Below, one piece after another: positions 22,424 through 35,574 of a stretch of DNA of 64,000 nt. Position numbers and translations under genes: made by a program. The notes under the pieces were generated by a model. The model was not told the DNA's origin. It saw only the letters and a program-made list of their open reading frames with translations, and made no database searches. Each line of letters opens with the position of its first letter. Within the stretch, counting starts at the first letter, position 1. This DNA is from Vicugna vicugna (Eukaryota). The stretch lies in assembly GCA_013265495.1 (NCBI GenBank), contig MU059403.1:1564960-1628959 (forward strand). Direction: 5' to 3'.

Positions 22424-25400
22424 CCTCACCTCTCCCCACCTCACCCCCGACCCATCTCCCACGCTGTTAACGTTTGCTGGGCAACGGTTTGTACCCCCCG
22501 GCGCAGGGGAGCCCTGGCCTCTGTGAGGGTCGTGAGTCCCCACCCCACCAATGGTCGGCTCATCCTGTCACCCCAGCTGCCCCCCCCGCCGCCTTCTAAG
22601 TGCCTCTCAGGCCCCGCAAAACCCTCCTTCTCCCCTCCAGGTTTCTCTTCCTCCTGTAATTGAAGTACTTCTCTTTTCTCTATAATTAAAGGTGTGAATT
22701 TCAGGATAACTTTTTCAAAAAAATACTTCGCTCAGTGTTCTATACTTATTTCATTAGCAACGTAGCCTGAAATGAATACGTACTCCTCTTTTGGCAACTG
22801 GCCATTTAAAAGTTGGGGTTTAGGGAGCTGGTTTAGGAAATTAACCACCCTTGATCGGTGCCTCCAGAGCAGCAACTGAAGGAGCCTCCCATGCGGGTGG
22901 AGTGCTCTGCCCCCTCACTGCCCAGCCGAGGGGGCTCCAGCCTGGGGCGCTGAGAACGCAAAGGCCCCCAGACAGACAGCTGAGCAGCTGGCCTGTAAAC
23001 TTCACCGAATTTGAGCTAATTTCAATACAAATAGCCGCGTGAGGCTGATGGCTCCGGTGCTGGGTGGGGCCCCACGGGCCGAGGTTTCAGCTGAGCTGTA
23101 CCGGGGGCGAGTCACGAGCTCCCCGACGCCGGCCTTCGGGTCCCACCAGTGGAATCCTTCTTGTCCGTGAGAAGCACACAGACGAGCGCCGAGAGCTGTG
23201 CTCCTGCGTCAGCACCTGGGAGGGCGGTGCAGACGCCCAGCCGAGAGGCGCCGGGTGACGGACCGCAGAAGCGGCAGCAGCGGGTGAGCGCGCGGCTTCC
23301 AGACCGCGTCCGGTCCCGTGTCTCCAAGACTGTGCTCATGGGTTTCAGTGACGCTGGTAATGACAGCGACGGGCCGCCCCGGGAGCTCAGACGTTTCGGA
23401 GAGCCGTGAGAGGGTTCTCCCCGAAGGCGCCCGGGCCTTGGTAAGCAAGGACTGTTAGAAATGTGCAGAGTCTGTTTTAATGCGAGGACCGAGGTGCTGG
23501 GGAGAGGCTGTTTTCCACTTGTGCTGATGCCAACACGAGGCAGCCCCGAGCTGCCTTCACATGTGGACCAGATGGCAGAACAGGAGGGCGCCTGAGACCC
23601 CAGCCCCTCGTCCCGTGTCTTTCAACAGCGGGTCCTGTGCGTGGGTTGAAGCCTTTGGAGTGTGTGTCCTGGTCCAAGAAGACTCAGCCCTGGCACCTGG
23701 GTCAAGGTTCCTGCCGTGTGTGGCTGGAGTGAAAGCGGGGGCCTGGCCCCAAAGTCCGTGAATTGGTTCTAGGTTCCTCATGGATGAGCTGGGTGACCTC
23801 CCCTGGGAGCCTCTGTCTCTTCTTTGGTCCAATGAGGCACCGGGGTCTGTGTCCTCTGGGAGCCTCAGTCTCTTCATCGGTGCCCCTGTGAGCTCCTCCC
23901 ACCCACCCCCCAGGTCCCAACAGCTTTCCATCCTGAAGAGGCAGCCTCTGCACTTGCCTCCAGGGCTTATGGACAGCAGACACTGGGCGCTCATGACCAC
24001 AGAGAAGTGGATTCAGACTCCCACAAGCTTCTTTCACCTTGGGGTGCCGGTCCGGTTGGCACTTGGGGATGAACGTGGGGGAGGGGGACCTTCTCTGTGA
24101 CCCCCCCTTTCCCCAGGGTCCTCTCTGTTTGGCCACATCCCTCAGTGGTGGGGGGAGAGGATGCTGGGCTCTGGATACCGAGGACCCCCACAGGGTCACC
24201 CCCTCCTCCGGCTCCACGCAGCAAATCCTGGGTGGGAGACTGCTTTGTGCTTGGACTTGTGGGGGAACCCAGCAGGAACTAGTCCCGTGACCTTCTGGAT
24301 TCTCATGACCCTGGTCTGCAGCTAAGCAACCTTACTTCCAGAGCCTTTCCTGTAAGACTTTTTTACCCCAGAAAGGGCAAGATCTTGAACACAGGAAGAA
24401 ATCTGAGGCTGTGATGGGATTAAAGACGTAAACAGTATTTTGGACACCATGAAGTCTCACTGGAGTTTGGATGCAGACATGGAACTGGACCCTGCCTGTC
24501 GTTACCGGGGGATCAAAGGCCCCTGACCTCGTACGATGTATTCATTTACGCTTTTAAAAAGTAGAAACGGAGGTGAGTGTGCACGAGACTTGGTGGGAGT
24601 CCCTGTTCCTTGTGTGGTTTCTCTTCCCGTCTCACCTGCACGCCAGCCCGTCTCACTGCTGCGTCTTCAGCCTTCAGGGCTTGTCTTCCTAGTTCCTTCT
24701 GTGATCCTGGCATTCCGCCCTCAGTGGAAGTGGCTTCACTGTGCAGCACGCGGTCCCCTGAGGTTTGGCTGAGACACAGACTAGCTGGTGTCTCTGCTCC
24801 TGGGCCTGCCGCGTGCCTTGCAGGGCTCTTTAATATTCTCTAACATGTACTTAAGTGTCATTTGCTCTAAACGCTTTGAAATGAGCAACAGGCTTAAAAA
24901 AACTCTGGCTTAATGCCTTTGAAAATTCATTTTGCTGATGGATGCATTTGATCTCCTAAGGGAGGTGAGGACAGCGAAGAGCAGGGAGCTGCCTGCCATC
25001 CGTTTAGCTGTCCCAGAAGACGGTGAGGCTGTCAGGGAATTTGTGAGTCACACGTGGTGAGCGGCACCGAGGACTGGGCGCCTCTGGACACACAGCTGTG
25101 CCGGGTCCCCCATCTCTTTCCCCACCATTCAGTCCCATGTCAGCGACGTCAGCTGAAGGCAGCTCTTAGAGGGTTGGTGCGCAGAGCACGGTCACGGTCC
25201 CCGTGTGTTCACGTGCCCTGTCTGTGCACACAGTTCCCGGCTCTGCCCCGGGCCCACCAGTAATCCCAGTGAGCACCACCCTGGAGTGGAGACTGGGCAT
25301 CCTCGGGGCTGACCCGCTGCCCAGCTGACGGCGACGCCGGCCGCGCAGCACTGATGTGGGCGTGCGGAGAAGCCTGACACAAGCTTAACGCTTATTTCAG

Positions 25401-28400
25401 AAGCTGACTTACCCTTTTATTTCTAGACACAGGCAGGGTGTACCTGTGACCTTCTGCGTGCTTCAGCCTCTCCGAGGCGTATGAATACGTGTGAAAAAGA
25501 GGCACGCCTCACAGGGTGGCGATGAGAGATGAAGCCTTCAGGTGAGAGCAGGTGGGTCTCCTTCCAACACAGTCGCAGCCGGAGTGCCAGGGTGCCGAGT
25601 CTGTCCTGGGGTGTAAAAGCCTGCTCGTGGCCTGTGCTGTCTGCCCTTCCTGTGTCCTCACCTCAGTCTGCTCAAACACCTCTGCCCCGGCCGCATGCCC
25701 AGCGACCCCGTGGTGTGCTCCGCGTGGTTATGTTACCGCAGCTCTTCAGACAGTGAGCATTCTCTGAGCATCAAGTTCAGGCTGGACACTGCGCTGGGAC
25801 GCTGGGGCCACACGGATGACCACACTCATCTCTGCCCTCTGAGAATGTGGTCCCATGGGCTCTAAAGCAGTTGGTCAGAGGCCCACTGTAATGTTTGCCC
25901 ACATCCCAGACTTGCGTTGTTTCACAGAGCTGTAGCTGAAGCAAAGCACGCAGCCTGCTCAACACTCGTTTGGCCGATTCCTTGACCCTTACTGGGACCC
26001 TGGATGAGGACTGGTGCTGAACTGCAGCTAAACGGATGAAGAGAGTGCCGCCCACGGCCCGGTGAGCCCTCGATACACATTGTCAAGCGATCAGAAGTAC
26101 GGTGACCCCGGCAGACAGTGCCCGGCCCCGAGGAGCAGGCGTGCGGCTCCGCTGCAGGATGGTGAGGGTGTCGTGGAACGTGCTCTGTGATCCCGCAGAG
26201 CCACGCTGAGTGCTGAGCAACAAGACTTCCAAGTGAGGCTCAAAGACGCTTCCGGCAGTAAGGTGGCACCGTTTTATTAAGAAGAATTTTAAAATCACAA
26301 ATTTCCTGCTGACTCTCTCTCTCTCACACACACATCTGGAGCATTCAAAACCCAGGAGATTTCTTGAATTATCTTCAGGAAGTACTAACAAGAAGCAAAC
26401 CTTCTTCCGTCAACATTGACGTGGAGGCGGGGGAGGGAGGTCAGTGAAGCAGCAGCTTCGGGGGGAGAGGAGTGCGCGGGGCAGGAGGTGCGGGGACGCT
26501 CGCGCCGGCGGCTGCCCGTGTGCGGAGGGCGCCTGGGGCCCGAGGAGTCCCGAGAGAGGCTGGGCCCGGGGACCAGAAGCCGGCAGGGTCTGTACTGTCA
26601 CTCACCAGAAGTCTTAAGTCCACTCAGACGAAACGGACCAGCAGCGCCGGGGCAGAGCGGAAGCAAGCCAGCAGCCCGGCCCACGAGCCTGCTGGTCGTC
26701 CCCGCGCTCCCCTGCCTTCGCGGCTCCCCGGGGGTGGCCGGGGCCGGCCTTCCTCGGGGCCTCCTAGCGCTGGGCGCGGTGTCATCGTGGGTCCCCAGTG
26801 AAGGGGACCTGCTCCTGGGGCCCGGCTCTCAGCGGAGCTGCTGTGGTTCGCGCCCGGCACCGTCTGCGGGCCCCTCCCGGCAGGGGCCCCTCCCCGGCTC
26901 CGCTTCTTCCAGGAAGACCCTGCCCTTCCTCCCCCCACCCTCTCCCCCACGGCCTCCTCTGACTCCCGTCCTGCTTCCGGCGCCTGTGTTTCTTATGGAA
27001 AATGACCGCAAGCGGGAGGACCACTTCGTGCTCACGTGGTAGACCACTGGCGGGCATCCCACGGCAAGCACACCCTGTGTTTGAGCGTCTGCTCGGAGGG
27101 TTTGTTGCAAATGACTCCATCGCCTCTCTTCCGTGCCCTCATGCACTCTTCCCTTTTGTCTTCACAATGATCTTTATGGATTAGGCAGGCGTGGCAGCAC
27201 CCCCATCGTACAGCTGAAGGAACCGGAGGTCATCTGGCCAAGTGGACGGCTGTCCGGGTCACCCGGGCGGTCTGCCAGCCTCCGAAGTCAGTGCGGGCCC
27301 TGCCGTGCGGCCCGCCTGGCACACACCGGCATTTACCCGCAGGGAGCGTTGGTTGGTGATCTTCTGCTTCTTTATTGGCTTTACAGCCTTAATCTAGTCA
27401 CAAGAACTAAAACACATCATCCCACTAGTCTGCCCTTGGGTTTTAAAATCCTACAGACAATGAACAGGACGAAAGGGCATAAAGAGCCCCCCGCGCTGCT
27501 GGTGTCGCCTTTCTCACTGCTTTTCTGTCTCCGTGAGTCCTTTCACTCAGGGTCTCAGACTTATTAAGACAGCGCCCTCCCAAAGCCCACAGTCTGTGTT
27601 TTTCGGATTGAAAGGACGTGGGCGGGACGTTGTTCCACCGTCTTTGCGGTGGTGGTTTCCTCCTGGTGAAGCATCAGGTCATGGCGAGGCAGCGCCTTGG
27701 AGGGGCCGTGAGGGGTGTGGGCCAGACGCCCCCCACGCCGCGGCTTCCCTCCCCGGCTCACCCGCCGTGCAAACCTCGTCATTTATTTGTTCTCGCGGCT
27801 GGGAAAGTGTACTGCTGCCGTTTCGCAGGTAAACACACTGAGTCTGCACACACTGGCGTGCTGGAGATGGGGTGGTTTGCCCAGTGTCCCGAGCAGCATC
27901 CAGCAGGAGCAGACTCCAGTTTTTGTTGATCTACAGTCGCACCCGTGCATGCTGCGATCTGGCCTGGCTAGTTAGACGGACTGGAAACCTGCGCCGAAGC
28001 AGACTGCCTCCTGTAAGGCTTGGCTCCCGGCACCGTCTGTGTGTAGGGCGGGGACCACGGCGCTCCCAAGCGTCTTGCCGCCCTCCCGCCAGCGGCTGCT
28101 GCTTCCCGCCGGGGACCACGTGCTCACCCGCGCCGCCCTGCTCCTCCAGGGGTCACTGTCAGCGTGACCTGTGACAGACCCACACAAATTGGTGTTGCTG
28201 ATCTGCGCATTTGCAGCTACTGGCCTGTCCCCTGGGATTCCGTGCCGTGTCCCTCCAGGCTGAGACGCTCTCCTGCAGGACAGTGCTCACGTCCCACACC
28301 AGGCCCAACAGCCTCTGCTCTTGGGCTCTCGGACACTTGCGTGCTGCCTTCAGGACCCGGTGAGCACGTGTCGTCCTGCGTGACACGATGGTTGTTGGCT

Positions 28401-28650
28401 GTCATAGATGAGGGTTCTCTGTGGGGCCGCACTGCCGTCCTCTGGGTCCGAATTCCCACCCCCGGGGTCCAGGAAGCAGCCGGCAGAGCACCGCCCCTCA
28501 GGCACGCTGAGCAAGCTCAGCACAGGCTGCATCTGACTTCTGATCTGAGGCTTCGTCCTCGAAGAGGGTGTGAAAGCGAGGCCAAGAAATGAAAATACTG
28601 AAGTGGAGTGTGTTTAAAACTCGCACAAACTGGCTTGTTACTTCCAGCAA

Positions 28651-28778
28651 GTGAGTGAATGCATGACTGAGTGAATGAATGAACGAGTGACTGGATGAAT
28701 GAGTGGGTGAAGGAATGGACGAGTGAATGAGTGAGTGAGTGGGTGATGGGGTGAGTGGGTGAACGAGTGAGCGGATGC
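28651..28778. repeat. Degenerate (TGAG/TGAA)n tetranucleotide repeat
   Basis: gtgagtgaatgcatgactgagtgaatgaatgaacgagtgactggatgaatgagtgggtg... Confidence 0.9.
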
Positions 28779-31700
28779 CCGGCGAGTGGCCGGCTCCCGG
28801 CAGAGAACACCAGCAGCAGTTCCCCGCCCCTCTAACGCCCTGGCCGCAGGTGGCAGGCTCTGAAAGTCTCCATGCCCCTGTCTTCAGTTTGGGTTTTCTG
28901 TTCCACTGAAAAGTAGGGAGCGTTTCCTGAAACTGGAGAAACTGGAGAAACTCAGGCTGTGAGGTGGAGAGGATGCTCTTTGAACAGGGTGTGATTTGTC
29001 CCGTCCTCCCACCTGTCCTGCGTGTGGCCTTCAGGGTCGCGGACGCATCGACGCCCTGGGCCCGCCCGCTCCCCGGACGCCCTCCCGGGCTCTGTCCCAC
29101 CTCGCCCCCACCCCCGCACGTGAGCCTCGTCCTGGTCAGGCAAACGCGCTTGCTCGGAAGCTGCGTCCCTTTCTGGCGGCCCGCCCCACGGTTCAGAAAG
29201 CTGTGCTTTGGGGAGCTTGTAGCTGCAGGGTTGCAGTTCACAGCGGGTAGCACGTGCTCCCCTGTTACAATCAGCAGAACAGGCATCTTCCATCAGTGCA
29301 TCAGCGCCGACAGCTGTGGGAAATCCATCCGTGTTGAAGAGTGCTTTCGCCTGTTTCCTGAGTGGTTTGATTTTGTTCTGACTTTTCCTCTGGCGTAAAC
29401 CTGCGCGTTTCTGAAGCAAAACACAGAGCAAATCTTTCCTCTGAGCGTTTGACCTGCTTGTGTCTAACGCAGGAGCTGCCTGCCGCCCGGACAGACACCG
29501 CAGGTGCCCCTCTCGGCTTTCTTCTGCCCCTCCCTGCACCTGTGCAAACAGCACTGCTTTGTGAAAATGAAAGAGATGGGGCCCCTGCCACCCTGAGGTG
29601 GTTTTTTTAATGGCGTTGCTCGAGGTTCAGCTGCTTTCCTGCTAAATTTGGCACCGTGCCTTTTATGTGAACTGGTTTGAAGACCCTCAGCGGAGCTCTT
29701 TAATGAACACTGCATTCTTCAGAACAGAAATGTTTCCCTTTCCTTCAAGGACTTTGTTCAGTGAAGAATCCAGCTCAGGTGAACTCCTTTCCTCTGTGCG
29801 CTGTCTCTGCTGGAATTTAATTGCTGTTAAAAATGGGGAATGGGAGAGGTGTGCAGAAAGTGAGTTCTCTCATTTCTGAGGACGAGCAGTGCCCTTGTTG
29901 GTTCTACATCATTAAATTATCAAGAATTATGGTCAAATTCCAAATGCCTGAATGCCGGCCTTTAAAAAAAATGAAAATGCGGAGGCGGTCTCTTTCCGTG
30001 TAGAGGAGATGATAATTACAGTGCCTTCGCCTAAGCCTCCTGCAGCTCCTCGCTCCGGGTTTCAGGGAGCACAGACAGACCACCTCTTCAGCCTAAAAGT
30101 CAGCAGGATTTAGGTGATTCCACGTTTTCACCCGAAAGAGAAGAGGGCTGCTTCTGGGCGGGCTCCTGTGCGCACTGGCTGTGGCGGGCGGTCCTGGGGC
30201 GTTACCAGGCCGAGCGTGTTCTCTGTCTGTCAGTCTGCCTCTTGAGCAAAGCTGCTCTGTTCCGGGCTGGCGTGAGTCACAGAACACGTCTACGAAAACT
30301 CTCTCCAGCGAGGATGGGAACCCGACAAGGTTCACGGGCGAGGACCCTCCTCAGATACAAACCCTTGGGGGGCCCTGCTCCCCCGGGAGCTGTGCCTTCA
30401 TGGCTGGAGGGTTCACGTCCACCTCAGGGAAAGTGGGAAAGTGGGGCTGACACCCCTCAGGGAGGGAATTCAATCCAAGGTGCCCACGTGCTTGCTCGGC
30501 CCGTTTTTAAGTAAAGAATGCTTGTTTTTAATTGTTGTTTCTGTAAAGTCTTGAAGAGGCAGCGACAGGTGTCGGCTCGCAGGTCATTTAGGTGGAACTC
30601 TTCTCGGGAGGAGTCGGGGCGGCTGTCTGAACGTGAACAGAGTGGGAGAGTTGGTCACCTCCTGGAGCTGATCGCCTGTCTCTGGGCTGGAGCCTCTTCC
30701 AGAAGTCTGGGCAATGGCCAGTTGTGAGCTCCCGAGGAGCAGGCGGAGGGACTGTCGCCCACCCCTTCCGGCCACAGTGCATCCGCTGCGCGTCCTTCCT
30801 AGGACGCGGGGGGTGGGGGGCTGTGGGGACCCCGCCCGTCTCCCCGTGAGGGGCATGGCTCCCTGGGTGTCCGTCCCCCGGGGGCCGCCCTCCCCTCGTG
30901 GCTTTGTCTCAGCTTTGGTGCTGGTCCACGCTCCCACAGCACCAGCGAGGACACTTGGAGACTCATGGAGAGGGTTTCTGTGTCTTTCCTGAGTGTGAGA
31001 ATGTCCTTCGTGTCTCTTGCTGGCACAGGAAGGTGTCCGTGAGGTCCTGCACGGTTGCTAAGCTCCATTTCTGCTTCTCCTCTGGCTCAGACTGGGCGAG
31101 GGAGGGGCGCCTCTACCCCCGTAGGTGTCACCTGGGCAAACAGTGCGAGTCAGCCTGCTCGAATACACGCAGGACCGCGGGGTCCAGACGCTACGCGGGG
31201 GGCTGAGGGAAGACCACCGCTCTGGGCTTGCTTGCTTTCTTTCCTTTAATAAATTGCTAGTGGTCCTCGAATCAGAGAAAACACCTGCGTGGGATGGGCG
31301 ACGTTCCGTGACCAAAGGCTCGCGATGACTCCTCGTCCTGTAGCACCAAGCTTTTGGGGGTTTGCCTTCATGTTCGGTGCTGCGTCTCGAGTGAGGGGGC
31401 CTAGACAGGGCTGAGGGTGGGGCGTGAGGGGGCTGGGAAGTGGGGGGGCAGGGAGCACCATCAGCTGTCTCAGGAGGCAGGTGTGGGAGCAGGCGTCGGA
31501 TCTGAGCCCCACTGGAGACACTGTGAGCTCTGAAGCCCTGTGTCCGGGACATCGGAGGGAGCCAGGCAAGGACGGGCCCCCAGAGTGGTCCGTGGGGACT
31601 CAGTGTGTGGGGGCCCCTGCGAGGTCTGAGGAGCTCCCTGGGCAGGGGCTCTGGGCCTGCACCGCCTGCAGCCCTGGATCCGTCCTGCGCTGTGAGCCCG

Positions 31701-32197
31701 TGTGTGGAGTGTGGAGGCCTCTTAGCTCCTCCATGGAAACCAGCGCCTCCCCGGGGGCTGGGCATCGATTCAGAAAATGACAGGCTCACACGAAGGTGCT
31801 CCTGGGTCGTAGATGAGGTCATGTGGGTCCGTTTCACGAGGAGAGGCTGCCCCCCAGCTCCAGGCAGATGGGGGGTGCCAGGAGTGTAGCCCCCCAGTGA
31901 TGGCAGAGCCCGGGCATGGCAGCAGTGGACCAGCAGTGAGCAAACAAATGCACTGCTGTTCAGATTATTAAAGCAAACAGAAGAGGCAGGTGCCCACGCA
32001 GACCCGGACAGCGGCCCAGGCCAGAGCTAGAGCGTGGGGGTGCCGCGTGTGTGCAGGGGTGCCGGGGGCGGGGAGGAGGTGGGGAGGAGGTGCTCTCGGG
32101 GAGCCCCACCCCGCTCCCGGGGCACCCTCGCCCAGGGCCTGCGCTCCATACCACCCGCCTTTAAGCGTCCGGCTTCTTTTTTATTTCCTCCTCCAAG

Positions 32198-32369
32198 TTT
32201 CTGAGAGTTGACCAAGACAAGGACAAGGACTGCAGCCTGGACTGCGGGGGCTCGCCGCAGAAACCCCTGTGCGGGTCCGACGGGAGGACCTTCCTGTCCC
32301 GCTGCGAGTTTCAGCGCGCCAAGTGCAAGGACCCGCAGCTGGAGATCGCTCACCGGGGCAACTGCAGAG
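32198..32369 (+). CDS. SMOC2: SMOC2 exon 2 (172 nt), Kazal/follistatin-like domain
   Basis: Acceptor ttatttcctcctccaAG|TTT, donor AGAG|GTgagc. Translates FLRVDQDKDKDCSLDCGGSPQKPLCGSDGRTFLSRCEFQRAKCKDPQLEIAHRGNCR with Kazal cysteine spacing. Starts phase 0, ends phase 1. Confidence 0.97.
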
Positions 32370-34856
32370 GTGAGCTGCGTCCCGCCGCTCGGTCACGGGT
32401 GAACCGCCGAGATGCCCGCTCGGGGGTTATTCCCTTTTGCTTTGTCAGAACTCCAGGGTTTATGCTGTGAATCTCCTTCAGGGCACGTAGGGGAGGAGTA
32501 ATTTCTGAGTCTTCTTTTTCTTACTTGTTGGAACGCTCACTTTTCTGAGAACGGCTGCTGACGTCACAACATGGACTCATCTAGGAGGTTCACGGAATGC
32601 TTCCAGAGTCTTCTCAGGCGACTCTTGTGGAAGCCTTTCATTTGGATTTTCCAGCTTTTCCCGTCTTGCCTCTGGGCGTGCAGGGCGCGCACACTGGGCG
32701 CCTGTGTGGCTCTCAGTGATTTTCCTCCGGGGCCGATTTCACACTTGCAATTTTCAATTTTCCTGATGTAAGAAGTGTATTTGGAGTTAACTAGCACACT
32801 TAGAGCAAAACGCTGAAAGGCTGCCCACGTTAATGAGGGTTTGACTCTGCAGAGCATGCGGTGTCTCAAACACAAATAGAGTCATTTTCAGAAAGAGATT
32901 TAACCTTCTTTTTCTTATTATCTAGGAGGAAAGACCACACAGGCTGTCGCGCCTTTGAGGTGACATTCTGCGCGGTCTGGCTGTTGGCTCCAGCCCTCCT
33001 CCTGAGCACAGGGCAGCTGGAGCCCCCAGCCCACGCTGGGCCAGGCTTGAGCCATCGGCTCCTCCTCTCCCGGGGCAGCACGTCCCGGGGCAGCCAGTCT
33101 GACCAGGGACACACAGAGCTCCGCCTGTTCCTCAGCCCCAGGCGCTGTTCCCGCCGACACCCTGAGGGACACTTCGCACACTCGGCGGGTCCACGTGGCT
33201 CTCACCTCCACGCTGCGTCTGGCTCGCATGTCCTTGCACGTCCGTCTGAGGAGTTTGGGTGTAACTTCATGCCTTAATTGCAGCTACACACTTCAGTTAT
33301 CTGTGCTGAGGGATGAAAATTCATTGAAGAATAAATTCAAATATCAGATGATCAGCTCTTCAGAGAAACTTCTAGAAGCAATGGCCTGGGCCGACTTAGC
33401 TCTGAGGACAACTGCCGTGGGGGTGGTGGTAAAGTTTGAGCTTTATGGGCCTCTTTAGTGTCCCGTTCCTGTAGGTAACCCCGTGGAACACCCTGCTGGA
33501 GGAGCGCGCGGAAGCCACCGCGCTAAGCCTCTGGGCTGGCGTGGCCTCCGTGGGCGCCTCTGACGGGCTGATCAGACTGAAGCCGAGGCCCGTCCGGCTC
33601 TCGGTGCCCCTGCTGAGGTCGCTCTCCCACGCCTCCCACTTCGAGCTCCGAGGGGTCCACCGGCCGGGTCCATGCGGGGTTGCTTTTGGACAGGGAGGGT
33701 AAACGGCAATTAAGCACAAACGTCCTCTTGGTAATGCCGTTGTCAGGCTATTTGGATCCAGCTGAATTTTTCTGGGTAATTCCCTTGGTTGGGATTCTCC
33801 CACCTCACAGAACACGTTTCATACCATAAATTTGTGGCACAAAAATGTGGTAAGGGAGAAGTGGGGAAAACAAAACTTGTCTCCTAAAAGCAAGTTTAAT
33901 TTCAATCAAAAGGATTAAAACAAAAAGAGCGCACAGACACCCGTGGACTTCGGGATCACACGGGCCTGGCTGGGCTCGGCTGCCGGGGTAGCGGAGTGGG
34001 TTGTGCATGTTTTAAAATAACTGGGCATTACTCACGTCCGACAGGGTGGGGGCCCTGCAGCCGAGGCCTCCAGCCCGCATTCGCGGGCTGCTCAGCGCCG
34101 GGGCTGCGGGGGAGGGGCTGCCCATTGCAGAGGGACTTTTCCTGCAGGAGCAGCCTTTCCCTGGAGCCTGGCTCGGGGGGAGCAGGACCTGCAGGGGGAG
34201 GGCTCCCTTCTGGCTGGTTTAGTTTGCCGGTTGTCACCAACCCTGTCCCCTGATGTCCGGCACTGACACCCCCCGCCTGCCCTGGGGCCTCTTGGTGGGA
34301 AGGTGAGCGTGAGGGGCCCCAGGGAGCCCTGGTGCTGACGGACCCAGAGACGGGTGCCCTGGCTCCACCGAGCAGGTGCTGCCCCGCATCCACCTGTCCC
34401 CAGGATCACGGGACTCAGGTTCTGCACCACACCGGGTCAGACTGCTGCTCTGAATGAGGAGGAGGGAGAGGGTGGCTGACACGGCCCTCCCCTGCAGGGG
34501 AGGCACACAGCCCTTCGCGCGCTCTCCGTCATTCCTGGTGTGGAAACTGGCTGGCGGGCCATAGTGTCAACTTGGCAAGTGTGACGCTGCACATTTTGAG
34601 GGCATTTCCACATATTTGGTGGATGAGCGTTCCACAGGCCTGGCTCTTTGGGATGGTCTAATTTGGAAACAACAGTTGAAATATTTTAGTCCCTATTTAA
34701 TTCATTGGACTAAAATGCTTTTTGCACTTCGTGTTACAACCTAACCCTTGACCTTGAGCATAAGTGTGGCAGTTTACACTGACGGATTTTTCTCATATTT
34801 TGTTAGAAATGTGTGGAGTTGTATTTTTAGAACCCAGCAAACACAGTAATATTTTT

Positions 34857-35470
34857 CCTTTGATCTGAGACCATTGGGGCTGTCTTTCTTTCCACGAAAC
34901 TCTCTGGCATGGAATTAAAAAGACAAAAACAAAAAGAAGAAGAAGAAGAAAAATCAGATGCCAGGAGATCTTGGAACGGTTCTGAGATTTCTGGAAACCA
35001 AATGATAAAGAACATCTGATACAAACAGCTCCCTAGAGATTTCCAGTGCCCAGAGCTTTGCAGACCAACGAGCAAGGAGAGGTCACTGCTACCAAGGTCT
35101 TCCTGATCCCCTGGCCCCCTCTTGTCCTCGGTCATAGCCTCGCGGTCCCTGCTGTGGTCGGCACTGCGGTTTCTGTGACTACCGTATCCTGATGCACATA
35201 CGTGTTTCACGATCCCGTTGGGAAACAAATCCTTTCACTTTGCAACTGAGAGAAAAAAATGAATGACAAAACTCATTACTATTAACCAACAACTCATCAA
35301 AGAATTTTTATTAAAAACTTGTCGTTAGCCATGCCTTGCTAAACACAATGATGAAATTATTTCTATCATCTCTGCCTTTTCAGATAAGAACAAATGTTTT
35401 TAAAAATATGATCAAATTTGCATCAAAGAGTTTTTCTTTAGTTGAGGAAAAAGTGATCCAAGCCTTTGAT
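34857..35470. promoter_or_regulatory. Candidate intronic enhancer with four TCF/LEF core motifs
   Basis: CTTTGAT at 34858 and 35464; ATCAAAG at 35296 and 35422; AT-rich patch with no repeat recognised. Motif evidence only. Confidence 0.4.
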
Positions 35471-35574
35471 TAGGATTGATTTCATTAAAATATTAATAAT
35501 TTTCAGTTAAGCTGGATTTTCCTGGGATGTAAACATTGATCATAGTTTAAAACTTGCTATGAGCCAAAAAGTTA

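Noticed and set aside
22812-22840. TTTAGGG/TTTAGG as an interstitial telomere repeat
   Set aside because: Only two non-tandem, imperfect units.
1-32197. SMOC2 exon 1 or promoter at the CpG-rich patches (e.g. 13180-13345, 26400-26960)
   Set aside because: No signal-peptide-coding exon with a donor was found. CpG richness is window-wide and plausibly due to GC-biased substitution.
3652-32566. Isolated full CRE sites TGACGTCA at 3652-3659 and 32559-32566
   Set aside because: Single 8-mers; about one is expected by chance in 64 kb and there is no supporting cluster.
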